64,000 nt of DNA from Acutalibacteraceae bacterium (GTDB lineage: Bacteria > Bacillota > Clostridia > Oscillospirales > Acutalibacteraceae), in contig JAZNIT010000064.1 in assembly GCA_045577615.1 (NCBI GenBank), forward strand, positions 1,694-65,693, read 5' to 3'. Below the pieces are notes generated by a model. The model saw nothing but the letters and a program-made list of their open reading frames with translations, was not told the origin of the DNA and ran no database searches. This document shows positions 37,587 to 46,804 of the stretch, piece by piece; position 1 is the stretch's first letter; each line of letters starts with the position of its first letter. Both the position numbers and the translations under genes were made by a program.

Positions 37587-37741
37587 AATTTTAATTTGCT
37601 TATCGGTAGATGAAGTACCTTGTGTTGCAGTATCACCGGCAGGCTTGGCAGTATCAGTATCGGATACAGATGCGGTACCTGCTCAACCGGCAACAGCAAG
37701 AAGCATAACGATAGAAAGGGCAAGTGCTAACAATTTTTCAT
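37587..37741 (-). pseudogene. Remnant lipoprotein signal-peptide and linker region of SGNH paralog 3
   Basis: GGAGAG RBS and ATG at 37739-37741. The A5 run (37734-37738) is one base short of the catalytic-domain frame. In that frame LLALALSIVMLLAVAG is followed by TGA (37683-37685) where the lipobox Cys is expected. Confidence 0.6.
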
Positions 37742-37830
37742 AATGTTCTCTCCGTTCTGATTAGATTTGCAAAAATCTTATTCTATAAGACATCATTTAA
37801 CTGTAAAAATCAACATATAATGTTACATTT

Positions 37831-39516
37831 TTATAAAAAAACAAGTGCATTTACTATATTTTCATCAGGTGTGACGTACACAGTATTGTAATTATCGTAA
37901 ATAACCATTCCGGGGGCTGATCCGTTTGGCTTTTTAACATTGCGAACAGGGCAATAATCAACAGGCACAGAAGATGAGTTTTTAGCGTCAGAATGGTATG
38001 CGCATAAGCACGCGGCCTCCATTATCGCTTGGTCAGAAACCTCCCTGCCCTGCGTATATATTATTGTGTGTGAGCCATGAATAGCTTTTGTATGCAGCCA
38101 AATATCATTCTTTGCAGCCGATTTGGTTAGTTGATCATTCTGTCGGTTATTTCTGCCAACACAAATTTCAAAGCCGTCGGTTGACTTAAAGCGAAGAGGC
38201 GGCAACGCTTTGGGTGCCTTTTGCTTTTCTTTACCACCCAAGCGAATATAGCTTTGCTCCATTAGTTCAAACTTAATTTCTGCCAGTTCCTGACGGGATT
38301 GAACTCGATTAAGCTCATCAGCGACACTACCTAAATATATGAGTTCGTTCTCGCCCTTTGCAATCAAATCGGCAAGCATATCTTTAGCGGTATTTGCCTT
38401 GCGATATTCTTTAAAATACCGTTGCGCATTTTGGGAAGGAGTCAAATCAGGCTTTAAAGGCACACGAATAAGGGCACACTCAGAGTCATAATAGTTTGGC
38501 AAATCAACAAAGGTTGAGCCCGGTGTTACGGCATATAAATTGGCTTTTATCAGCTCACCGAATATTCTCAGCTTATCCATATCAGCGCAACGTTCAAGTT
38601 CACCCTTTTGCTTATCAATTCGTCGTGACGTGCGTTCAATAAGCACAGATACAGCCTTGCGCAGTTCTTGTGTGCGACGTCTAATATCTTCATCCTTTTG
38701 TCTGTTGGCATAAAAAATATCCAGCATTTGACTAAAGGAATCATATTCTATCAAATCAACCTCATCACCATATTGATTTATTGGCATATAAGTAAAATCA
38801 TATGGCTGATTATTTTTGCGAATAACAATAGGCTTGCCGTTATTAACAAAGCCTCTGAAATAGTCAAGGGTGGCTGATATTCCGCTGCGCTTTGCATTGA
38901 AATCGATCTCTCGACTTACAAGGGGTGAAACACCATCAATAACATCACAATACCCAAGGCCATTGTTTTGACCAAGCGCATTTATTATTTCTAAATTGTC
39001 GGTTTTTTCAAGGTTAAACTTTGATTGCGGCTCAGGCAGTTCATACTTGGCACCCGGAAGGATCATTCTTCCCTCGCATTGTGGATCAGTGCGACGAACA
39101 GCATCAATAATTTTGCCGTTGCAGGTCATAATCAAATTTGATTTTCTGCCAAGCATTTCTGCAATGATAGCCAGCTCAACCATATCACCCAACTCGTTGA
39201 ATCCGCTAAAGTTGAAAGAAACAACTCTGTCATAACCGTTTTGAGTTATAGATTCAAGACGAGCATTCGTAAAATGCTTTCGCATAAGCATACAGAACAT
39301 GGGCGGAGTAGCAGGATTTTCAAAGGTGTAATCGGTAAATTGGACGCGCGGACCAAAACCGCTTATAGAAATAAGCAGTTTTTTACTAAACCCGCGATTA
39401 CCAAGCAAAATTACAATATCATCCCTTGTTGGCTGATGAATCTTTTCTGCTCTGCTACCGATTGCAGATGATAATTCACGGCACATATTTGACATAAAAA
39501 TTCCGTCAAATGGCAT
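37831..39516 (-). CDS. rqcH: Ribosome quality control protein RqcH (NFACT / FbpA family)
   Basis: 561 aa with NFACT-N, coiled-coil and NFACT-R architecture. Confidence 0.85.
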   Translation of the reverse strand: MPFDGIFMSNMCRELSSAIGSRAEKIHQPTRDDIVILLGNRGFSKKLLISISGFGPRVQFTDYTFENPATPPMFCMLMRKHFTNARLESITQNGYDRVVSFNFSGFNELGDMVELAIIAEMLGRKSNLIMTCNGKIIDAVRRTDPQCEGRMILPGAKYELPEPQSKFNLEKTDNLEIINALGQNNGLGYCDVIDGVSPLVSREIDFNAKRSGISATLDYFRGFVNNGKPIVIRKNNQPYDFTYMPINQYGDEVDLIEYDSFSQMLDIFYANRQKDEDIRRRTQELRKAVSVLIERTSRRIDKQKGELERCADMDKLRIFGELIKANLYAVTPGSTFVDLPNYYDSECALIRVPLKPDLTPSQNAQRYFKEYRKANTAKDMLADLIAKGENELIYLGSVADELNRVQSRQELAEIKFELMEQSYIRLGGKEKQKAPKALPPLRFKSTDGFEICVGRNNRQNDQLTKSAAKNDIWLHTKAIHGSHTIIYTQGREVSDQAIMEAACLCAYHSDAKNSSSVPVDYCPVRNVKKPNGSAPGMVIYDNYNTVYVTPDENIVNALVFL

Positions 39517-39527
39517 TGCGCACCGCC

Positions 39528-40289
39528 TTATAAATAATCAGCAGGATCCTTTTCGTCAATAACAATATAATCCAAACCTATTCTTTCAACCAAAGACTTA
39601 ATTATAGACTTCGCATTTTCTTCGGTTGCAAAATGGCCACATTCAAACAAACCTAAACCTATCTGTGCAGCCAGAAGTCGTTCGTGATGCTTACACTCAC
39701 CTGTTACTAAAGCATCAGCTCCTGCATTTTTAGCAGCAATAATAAAATCGCCGCCTGCGCCGCCACAAACTGCAGCCTTTGTTACGGGGCCATCGTTAGC
39801 AACAAACTTTATACCTTTGCAACTAATGCTGTTTTTTAAATAAGCAGCAAAAGATTTGGCCGAAACAGCGCTGATTTTGCCGATTCTCGCCATCGGTACA
39901 TCGCCGCTATTTTCTAACGGGGCAACATCCTTCAAGCCTATAATTTTAGCGAGATTATCATTAATTCCTCCAATAGCAGCATCCAAATTTGTGTGAGCGC
40001 TGATAACAGATAAACCTCTACTGATTGCAGCATAAACAACGCTGTCACTATCAATGCTCTTCATAGAAGAAAAAATAATAGGGTGATGTGTGATAAGCAA
40101 CTGACAGCCATTATCAGCAGCGGCATTAACAGTATCAATTGTTGCATCAAGAGCAATAGCAACCTTAGTTACAACCTTTTCTTTGCTACCAATGAGCAAC
40201 CCTGAATTATCAAAATCCAATTGAGTATTAAAAGGCGCAAAGTTGTTTATAGCCTCATAAACCTCAGCAACAGTAATCATCATACTCAC
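39528..40289 (-). CDS. Nif3-like dinuclear metal centre protein
   Basis: 253 aa NIF3 family protein (ITHHP, SAHTNLD), paired with trmK as in Bacillus yqfN-yqfO. Confidence 0.85.
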   Translation of the reverse strand: MSMMITVAEVYEAINNFAPFNTQLDFDNSGLLIGSKEKVVTKVAIALDATIDTVNAAADNGCQLLITHHPIIFSSMKSIDSDSVVYAAISRGLSVISAHTNLDAAIGGINDNLAKIIGLKDVAPLENSGDVPMARIGKISAVSAKSFAAYLKNSISCKGIKFVANDGPVTKAAVCGGAGGDFIIAAKNAGADALVTGECKHHERLLAAQIGLGLFECGHFATEENAKSIIKSLVERIGLDYIVIDEKDPADYL

Positions 40290-40957
40290 TCCAATCGTTC
40301 TTTAATTGCAGATATAATTTTCAACAGCTCAGCCCTCTCGTTAGGCTTATCTGTATTCAAAAGCATCTGCACGTGTTTTTCTAATCTTTTTAATTGGGCT
40401 TCTAAATATTCCCTACCGTGTGGTTGGTCCACGGTAACATTGCCAACCAAAAGGTAATCTGCGGATATATCTGTGTTTTCGCCGGTATAATAAACCGACA
40501 GCACTATGTACAATCGCTTACCATCTTTAACAAGCACTTCCTCATCCACCCTAAAGCCGTTGCTTGAAAGATACGATCTCAAATCGTCTACTGCACTCAT
40601 CGGTTGTAAAACAAGATGAATATCAGGCGATTTTACCCACTTGGCGTTATCGATAATGGTCGCAATCAACTCGCCACCCATTCCACAGATAACGATGTCA
40701 TCCACCTCGTTATCTTTAACGCCCTGCAATCCGTCGCAAAGCCTTAATTCAATCTTTTCAGTAAGATTATACTCATTCAATGTGTTCAACGCATTATCAA
40801 GAGGGCCCTTAACTATATCGCAAGCAATAGCAGAAACTACCCGCCCGCTTAACACAAGGTAAGCAGGCAGGTAGGCGTGATCGGTACCAATATCGGCCAA
40901 ACGGCTGTTTTGACGAACAAGTTCGGCAGCAGTTTTCAGTCTTGAACCGATATTCAT
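40286..40957 (-). CDS. trmK: tRNA (adenine22-N1)-methyltransferase
   Basis: DIGTDHAYLP motif with a C-terminal coiled-coil. Confidence 0.85.
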   Translation of the reverse strand: MNIGSRLKTAAELVRQNSRLADIGTDHAYLPAYLVLSGRVVSAIACDIVKGPLDNALNTLNEYNLTEKIELRLCDGLQGVKDNEVDDIVICGMGGELIATIIDNAKWVKSPDIHLVLQPMSAVDDLRSYLSSNGFRVDEEVLVKDGKRLYIVLSVYYTGENTDISADYLLVGNVTVDQPHGREYLEAQLKRLEKHVQMLLNTDKPNERAELLKIISAIKERLE

Positions 40958-41160
40958 TACTCTTTAGAAGCCAAGAAAGCGTTGATTTTTTCAACCATCT
41001 CATCAGCATCTACACCGTGTACAGCGCAGGCTGCTTCAAGAGATTCGCCACGTGCTGAAGGACAGCCGAGGCAATGCATACCCATCTCAAAAAAGAAGGG
41101 AGCAGTTTCAATATCCATATCGAGAATATCACCAATTATCATATCTTTAGAAATTTTCAT
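40957..41160 (-). CDS. DUF1858 / hybrid-cluster-protein-associated redox disulfide domain protein
   Basis: 67 aa with GMHCLGCP motif. Confidence 0.75.
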   Translation of the reverse strand: MKISKDMIIGDILDMDIETAPFFFEMGMHCLGCPSARGESLEAACAVHGVDADEMVEKINAFLASKE

Positions 41161-41173
41161 AATAAACCTCCTA

Positions 41174-43054
41174 TTATTCGGTTACGATTGCATCACCATT
41201 TGAAGTCATAAGCTTTTCAAACTGATCTGCATCCATTTTTTCATTTTCAAACAAGAACTTGGCAACCTCATGCAGCTTTGCCATATTGTTACGCAATATT
41301 TCAAGTGCACAGTTGTGCTGGGTTTTAACAATCAAATCAGTTTCTTCATCAATTAAAGCAGCAATCTTTTCTGAATAATTGGGAGTAGAACTGAAATCTC
41401 TGCCAAGGAAGACCTCGTTGTCATCTTTACCAAACACAATCGGTCCAAGTTTTTCGCTCATACCGTAGCGGGTAATCATTGTGCGGGCAATGTTAGTAGC
41501 GCGCTCAATATCGTTGGATGCACCGGTGCAAATATCATCCTGAGTGAGTTCTTCTGCAGCGCGACCGCCAAGCAACGAAGCAATATCTTCAAGCAGTTCC
41601 TTTTTAGAGGTATGGCCCTTATCCTCAGTAGGCAGGTACATAGTGTAGCCTGCAGCCATACCACGGGGAACAATTGAAATTTGATGAACGGGATCCTGAG
41701 TAGGCAGAAAATAAGAAACTATTGCGTGACCGGCCTCGTGATAAGAGGTGATGAGCTTATCTTTATCAGAGATAATGTGACTCTTCTTCTCAGCACCCAT
41801 AACAACCTTTATGGTTGCTTCTTCAATATTCTCTTCTGTGATCGACTTATTACCCTTTCTTACAGCCAACAAAGCTGCTTCGTTAAGCAGATTTTCAAGG
41901 TCAGCTCCGGTAAATCCTGCCGATGAACGGGCAATGGTCTTCAAAGAAACATCGGGAGCGAGAGGCTTACCTCTTGCGTGAACTTTGAGTATTTCTTCAC
42001 GGCCCTTTGCATCAGGATAATTAACTGTAACCTGACGATCAAATCGACCGGGACGAAGCAACGCCTTATCAAGAATATCGGGGCGGTTAGTAGCTGCAAT
42101 GATGATAACACCTTCATTTGCACCAAAACCATCCATCTCAACGAGCAATTGGTTGAGGGTTTGCTCACGCTCGTCATGACCGCCACCGAGTCCTGCGCCC
42201 CTCTGTCTGCCCACAGCGTCAATTTCGTCAATAAAGATGATAGCGGGAGATTGTTTTTTAGCCTGATCGAACAAGTCGCGAACACGCGATGCACCAACAC
42301 CAACAAACATTTCAACGAAATCAGAGCCTGAAATAGAGAAAAACGGAACACCGGCTTCACCGGCTACAGCACGGGCAAGCAAAGTTTTACCTGTTCCGGG
42401 AGGGCCAACCAAAAGCACTCCCTTAGGAATTCTTGCACCCATATCATTGAACTTTTTAGGAGCCTTCAAAAACTCAACAATCTCTACAAGCTCAGCCTTT
42501 TCCTCATCTGCACCTGCAACATCGGCAAAGGTAGTTTTGCGTTTGTCACTTTCGGGCTTACGAGCTTTTATTTTGCCAAACGACATAGTTTTGTCGTCGC
42601 CCATCATTTTGCCCATACGACGAGACATAATCATCCAGAAGATGACAACTACAACAATCATAATTGCCATAGGAATCAAGTCGGTCAGCCATCCGGTGTC
42701 GGCACCGCGCTCGAGGTCATAGACAATTTTATTGTCTTTGTTGGCAGGGTCTTGATTATATTTACGGATTTGTTCGTTAACGTCATCTATAAAAAGGCTA
42801 ACAGATGCAAGCGTAACGCTATACTTTTTATCTGCTTCTTTGTTGCCAACCTTTTCTTTGAGAACATAGGTCAGTTCTCCTGTTGAAGGATTAACAGAAA
42901 ACTCTTTAATATTACCATCATCAAAATACTCAATTATCTGAGAATATTTTTCCTTTTCCACTTCATAAAAATTGTTAATCATAATTCCAACGCCAACAAT
43001 AGCGACTATTGGAATAATTATAAAAATCAATATGTTACGTATACTTTTGTTCAA
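41174..43054 (-). CDS. ftsH: ATP-dependent zinc metalloprotease FtsH
   Basis: Walker [12 protein letters not shown] region and HEAGHA zinc motif. Confidence 0.97.
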   Translation of the reverse strand: MNKSIRNILIFIIIPIVAIVGVGIMINNFYEVEKEKYSQIIEYFDDGNIKEFSVNPSTGELTYVLKEKVGNKEADKKYSVTLASVSLFIDDVNEQIRKYNQDPANKDNKIVYDLERGADTGWLTDLIPMAIMIVVVVIFWMIMSRRMGKMMGDDKTMSFGKIKARKPESDKRKTTFADVAGADEEKAELVEIVEFLKAPKKFNDMGARIPKGVLLVGPPGTGKTLLARAVAGEAGVPFFSISGSDFVEMFVGVGASRVRDLFDQAKKQSPAIIFIDEIDAVGRQRGAGLGGGHDEREQTLNQLLVEMDGFGANEGVIIIAATNRPDILDKALLRPGRFDRQVTVNYPDAKGREEILKVHARGKPLAPDVSLKTIARSSAGFTGADLENLLNEAALLAVRKGNKSITEENIEEATIKVVMGAEKKSHIISDKDKLITSYHEAGHAIVSYFLPTQDPVHQISIVPRGMAAGYTMYLPTEDKGHTSKKELLEDIASLLGGRAAEELTQDDICTGASNDIERATNIARTMITRYGMSEKLGPIVFGKDDNEVFLGRDFSSTPNYSEKIAALIDEETDLIVKTQHNCALEILRNNMAKLHEVAKFLFENEKMDADQFEKLMTSNGDAIVTE

Positions 43055-43070
43055 AATTCAAATCCTCCAA

Positions 43071-43619
43071 TTATTCATCAGATGCGTAAACGAATGGATG
43101 AGGGGTGCCAAGAAAAGGCAAGTTGCGGTACTTTTCATCAAAGTCAAGACCATAACCAACAACAAACTGATCCTCAACCACGGCACCAACGTAGTCGGCT
43201 TTAATATCTGCAGTACGACGGGCAGGCTTATCAAGAAAAGTGCAGATTTTAATGCTCTTTGCACCACGCTGTGCCAACAAGTCACGCACGTTATAAAGAG
43301 TATTGCCCGAATCAAGAATATCCTCAACCAAAAGAAGGTCATATCCGTGCAGGTCAATATCAAGATCCTTAATAATTTTTACATTGCCGGTTGAGCGTGT
43401 TGAAGTACCATAAGAAGATACACACATAAAATCAATTCTGCAGGTTGTATCAATAGCACGCATAAGGTCGCTCATAAAAACAACCGAGCCCTTTAAAATG
43501 CTGACCATAAGAAGATTTTTGTCCCTATAATCTTCGGTAATTTGCTTGCCAAGTCTGCTTATAATCTCGGCAATTTGCTCCTCTGAAAGCAAAACCTCTT
43601 TAATATCATCTTTAAGCAT
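43071..43619 (-). CDS. hpt: Hypoxanthine phosphoribosyltransferase
   Basis: PRPP motif LLVEDILDSGNTL. Start chosen at MLKDDIKE. tilS-hpt-ftsH synteny. Confidence 0.92.
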   Translation of the reverse strand: MLKDDIKEVLLSEEQIAEIISRLGKQITEDYRDKNLLMVSILKGSVVFMSDLMRAIDTTCRIDFMCVSSYGTSTRSTGNVKIIKDLDIDLHGYDLLLVEDILDSGNTLYNVRDLLAQRGAKSIKICTFLDKPARRTADIKADYVGAVVEDQFVVGYGLDFDEKYRNLPFLGTPHPFVYASDE

Positions 43620-44931
43620 TATTTTTCCCCCTGCCATTGATAATAATCACGTTTTTAGTATTTTCATCAGGTAAAACCCTTTGTGCAATTCCGCAACCAT
43701 AAGCATAAATTAAGCCCAGATCATCACTTACAACCGGATACGCATCCCTTTGTTCGTCGGGTATGTGTTTCTCATTCATAAGCTTGCGAAGCTGTTTGTT
43801 TGGGCGACCTTTAATTTTAATGGTATCCCCTGCTTTGCGGCATCTTATTATCGCTTTGCCAACTATTTTATCACAATCAATTGCATTATTTATCAACAAA
43901 TTATTAACGGAAAGTGTTTTTGTTTCAAAATTCAAAACAAAGTCACCAAACTCAACGTCTCCGTTAGAAATTTGGAGTTCCTCGTTGCATTTATTGGCCG
44001 ATTGATAAAACTGCAAGATTTTACCTGCAGAAGCAAACCAGCCGTTATACAACTGAATTTTTCCACCATCAGTTACAATTTCACACAATTGATTGGTCTT
44101 TAAACTGTCAGGATATTTGCCTATAGCATCAAATGCTGCAATTCTGACTGCACGAGCTAAAACAGGCTTATAGGTTGACAAAAGTGTTTCACAAGAATAT
44201 CCATCTGCACACTTACTTTGTTTTAACAGGTCAACAGCCATTTTATTAAGCATATCGTCCACAGCGCGAAGCTGATTAGATGTTTCGCGAACTGAAAACT
44301 CAAAAGATGAATTTATATCTTTTAGCCTTGGCACGATGTTATGACGAATAAAATTGCGAGTATAATCGTCGGTCAAATTAGTGCTGTCAGTAACATATTT
44401 CAGCTCATTAAGTGCACAATACTCTTCAACCATTTCTCTTGTGCAATCAATCAACGGACGTATGTACCCCTCACGTTTAGAAGGAATACCGGCAAGGCCC
44501 GATACACCGGTGCCGCGAGCAAGATTAAACAGCACTGTTTCAGCATTGTCAGAGGCGGTATGAGCGGTTGCAACAATCCAGCCCTCATTTATCATTCGAT
44601 CAAAAATCTCATAACGCAATCGTCGGGCACAAAGTTCTGTGCTTTCACCGCTTAACTCAGATTCCTTTGCAACATCAACACTGTAAGCCAAGAAGGTTAT
44701 ACCTTGTTGCTCACAAAACTGCTTTGCAAAGGTTTCATCCGCATCCGATTCAGCACCTCGCAATTGATGGTTAATATGGATGGCGCACAGTTTAAACTCA
44801 TTAACTTCTGCAAGCTTGCACAGTAAATGAAGCAATGCCGTTGAGTCAGCGCCGCCGGAAAAGGCAACCGCTATTGACGAGCCATTGCAAACGCCTAGTT
44901 TGCCCAAGGCACTTTGAATTTTAGTTATCAT
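43612..44931 (-). CDS. tilS: tRNA(Ile)-lysidine synthase
   Basis: PP-loop motif SGGADS. Confidence 0.9.
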   Translation of the reverse strand: MITKIQSALGKLGVCNGSSIAVAFSGGADSTALLHLLCKLAEVNEFKLCAIHINHQLRGAESDADETFAKQFCEQQGITFLAYSVDVAKESELSGESTELCARRLRYEIFDRMINEGWIVATAHTASDNAETVLFNLARGTGVSGLAGIPSKREGYIRPLIDCTREMVEEYCALNELKYVTDSTNLTDDYTRNFIRHNIVPRLKDINSSFEFSVRETSNQLRAVDDMLNKMAVDLLKQSKCADGYSCETLLSTYKPVLARAVRIAAFDAIGKYPDSLKTNQLCEIVTDGGKIQLYNGWFASAGKILQFYQSANKCNEELQISNGDVEFGDFVLNFETKTLSVNNLLINNAIDCDKIVGKAIIRCRKAGDTIKIKGRPNKQLRKLMNEKHIPDEQRDAYPVVSDDLGLIYAYGCGIAQRVLPDENTKNVIIINGRGKNNA

Positions 44932-46291
44932 CCTTTTGTACCGAAGTGAAACGGGTAAACTGACCGTCCCAATACATTTCTATATCTCCGACCTCACCGT
45001 GACGGTTTTTAGCAACAATACAAGTTGCCTTATGCTCGTCCGCAGGTTGCTCAGGATTAGTATTTCGATAATAATTTTCGCGATGGAGGAAAAGAACAAT
45101 ATCAGCATCCTGCTCAATTGAACCTGAATCACGCAAGCTGGTAAGAGAGGGCTTGTTAGACTCCTTCTCTGCAGCATTGGGACGGCGCAACTGCGAGCAA
45201 ACAATAACGGGAATATTGAGTTCTTTTGCCATCAATTTAAGTTCACGGGTGATTTCAGTAATAACTTGAACACGGTTTTCAATGCGTTTATCAGAAGGCT
45301 CCATAAGGCCCAAATAGTCCACAATGATAAGATCTGCTGTACCTAAACGGCGAACCTTTGCTTTCATTTTAGGCACTGAAATGCCGGGAGTTTCATCAAC
45401 ATAAATGTTACATCCTGCAAGAACATCGGCTGCTTGAGCAAGACGAGTCCATTCGTTGCCTGCGATTTTACCTGTACGAAGTTTTTCGCTCTTTATGCAG
45501 GCCTCAGCGGAAAGCAAGCGCTGTGCCAATTGGTCGCGGCTCATTTCGAGAGAGAAGAAGCAAACCGTTTTACGTTCTTTAACAGCAACGTTTCTTGCAA
45601 TGTTAAGGGCAAAGCTGGTTTTACCCATACCGGGACGGGCACCCAAAATGATAAGATCCGACTTATTAAGACCTGTAATCATTTCATCAAGTCGAGTAAT
45701 ACCGGTAGGAATACCTATGTAATCGTCTCTTTTTTCGGGATCGTTCAAAGCGTCAATACGGGCAATAGTTTCACCACTGATAACATCTCTAATGTGCTTG
45801 AGGCCTTCAACATCCCTACCCTGACGGATATTATAGATGCTGCGTTCAGCCGAATCAATCAAGGTGTTAACATCGGTTGCGCCGTCTTCAACCTCAGTGA
45901 CAATCTTTCTGCCTGCCTGAAGCAACGAGCGAGCAAAATATTTATCGCGAACAATAGCGGCGTAAGATCCAACGTTCGCTGAGCTAGATACCGATTGAGC
46001 AAGATTCATCAAATAGCTCTTGCCGCCTGCATCGTCATATACACCATCTCTCTTAAGTGCTTCAAGAACAGTAATAGGATCAATACTTTCACCCTTTGTG
46101 CTCATCGAAAGCATAGCAGAGAAAATGGCTTTATGCTGAGGCATATAGAAATGGTCAGAGGTAAGCACCGCATTAACCACATCCATTGCGTCAGGATCAA
46201 TCAGCATACAACCAAGCACCGATTGTTCAGCTTCGGCACTAAAAGGAACCTGCTGACTGCCAAATGCGTCATATTGTAAATTATCGGACAT
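44921..46291 (-). CDS. dnaB: Replicative DNA helicase
   Basis: Walker A GARPGMGKTSFAL. The ATG at 46291 lies 7 nt after AAGGAG. Confidence 0.95.
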   Translation of the reverse strand: MSDNLQYDAFGSQQVPFSAEAEQSVLGCMLIDPDAMDVVNAVLTSDHFYMPQHKAIFSAMLSMSTKGESIDPITVLEALKRDGVYDDAGGKSYLMNLAQSVSSSANVGSYAAIVRDKYFARSLLQAGRKIVTEVEDGATDVNTLIDSAERSIYNIRQGRDVEGLKHIRDVISGETIARIDALNDPEKRDDYIGIPTGITRLDEMITGLNKSDLIILGARPGMGKTSFALNIARNVAVKERKTVCFFSLEMSRDQLAQRLLSAEACIKSEKLRTGKIAGNEWTRLAQAADVLAGCNIYVDETPGISVPKMKAKVRRLGTADLIIVDYLGLMEPSDKRIENRVQVITEITRELKLMAKELNIPVIVCSQLRRPNAAEKESNKPSLTSLRDSGSIEQDADIVLFLHRENYYRNTNPEQPADEHKATCIVAKNRHGEVGDIEMYWDGQFTRFTSVQKDDN

Positions 46292-46336
46292 AATAATTCT
46301 CCTTAACACAAAGCATTTTGCTTTGTGATGGTTTTA

Positions 46337-46783
46337 TTATTCGGTTGCAGTAACAGTAAGTGTGAAGGAAGCTGAAATTCCGTTATACAAGCGAGCTTCA
46401 ACAGTGTAGTCACCAACTGATTTAACGTCTTTCATACTGAGTTTTCTGCGGTCAATATCAACCTTAAACTGTGATTTAAGGGCATCGGCAACCTCTTTAG
46501 AGGTTATAGAGCCGAAAAGCTTGCCGCTAGCGCCTGCTTTAACGCAAAGGCTAACGGTTTTGCCGCTTATAGTATCAGCAGTTGCCTGTGCAGCGGCCTT
46601 CTCCTGAGCGATATGATGAGCCTTAGACTCTTCTCTTGATTTTAGTTCGGTCAATGCTTGAGCGTCTGCATTGATTGCAAGTCCGCGGGGTAACAAGAAA
46701 TTGCGTGCGTATCCATCAGATACATTAACCATCTCACCTTTTTTGCCTTGACCTTTTACATCAGCGGTCAGAATAACCTTCAT
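46337..46783 (-). CDS. rplI: 50S ribosomal protein L9
   Basis: [36 protein letters not shown]. Confidence 0.96.
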   Translation of the reverse strand: MKVILTADVKGQGKKGEMVNVSDGYARNFLLPRGLAINADAQALTELKSREESKAHHIAQEKAAAQATADTISGKTVSLCVKAGASGKLFGSITSKEVADALKSQFKVDIDRRKLSMKDVKSVGDYTVEARLYNGISASFTLTVTATE

Positions 46784-46804
46784 TTATATCAAATCCTTTC
46801 TGGT

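Noticed and set aside
37683-37685. TGA at the lipobox Cys position as possible recoding (selenocysteine or an alternative genetic code)
   Set aside because: Other genes in the window terminate with TGA (pyrB, rsgA, SGNH paralog 3), so TGA is a normal stop here. I saw no SECIS-like hairpin directly downstream. The same leader also carries a frameshift, which favours decay.
37322-37723. 133-aa minus-strand ORF overlapping the start of SGNH paralog 3
   Set aside because: It is out of frame with the catalytic domain and has a Leu/Pro-rich, low-information translation. The region is better explained as the degraded signal-peptide frame.
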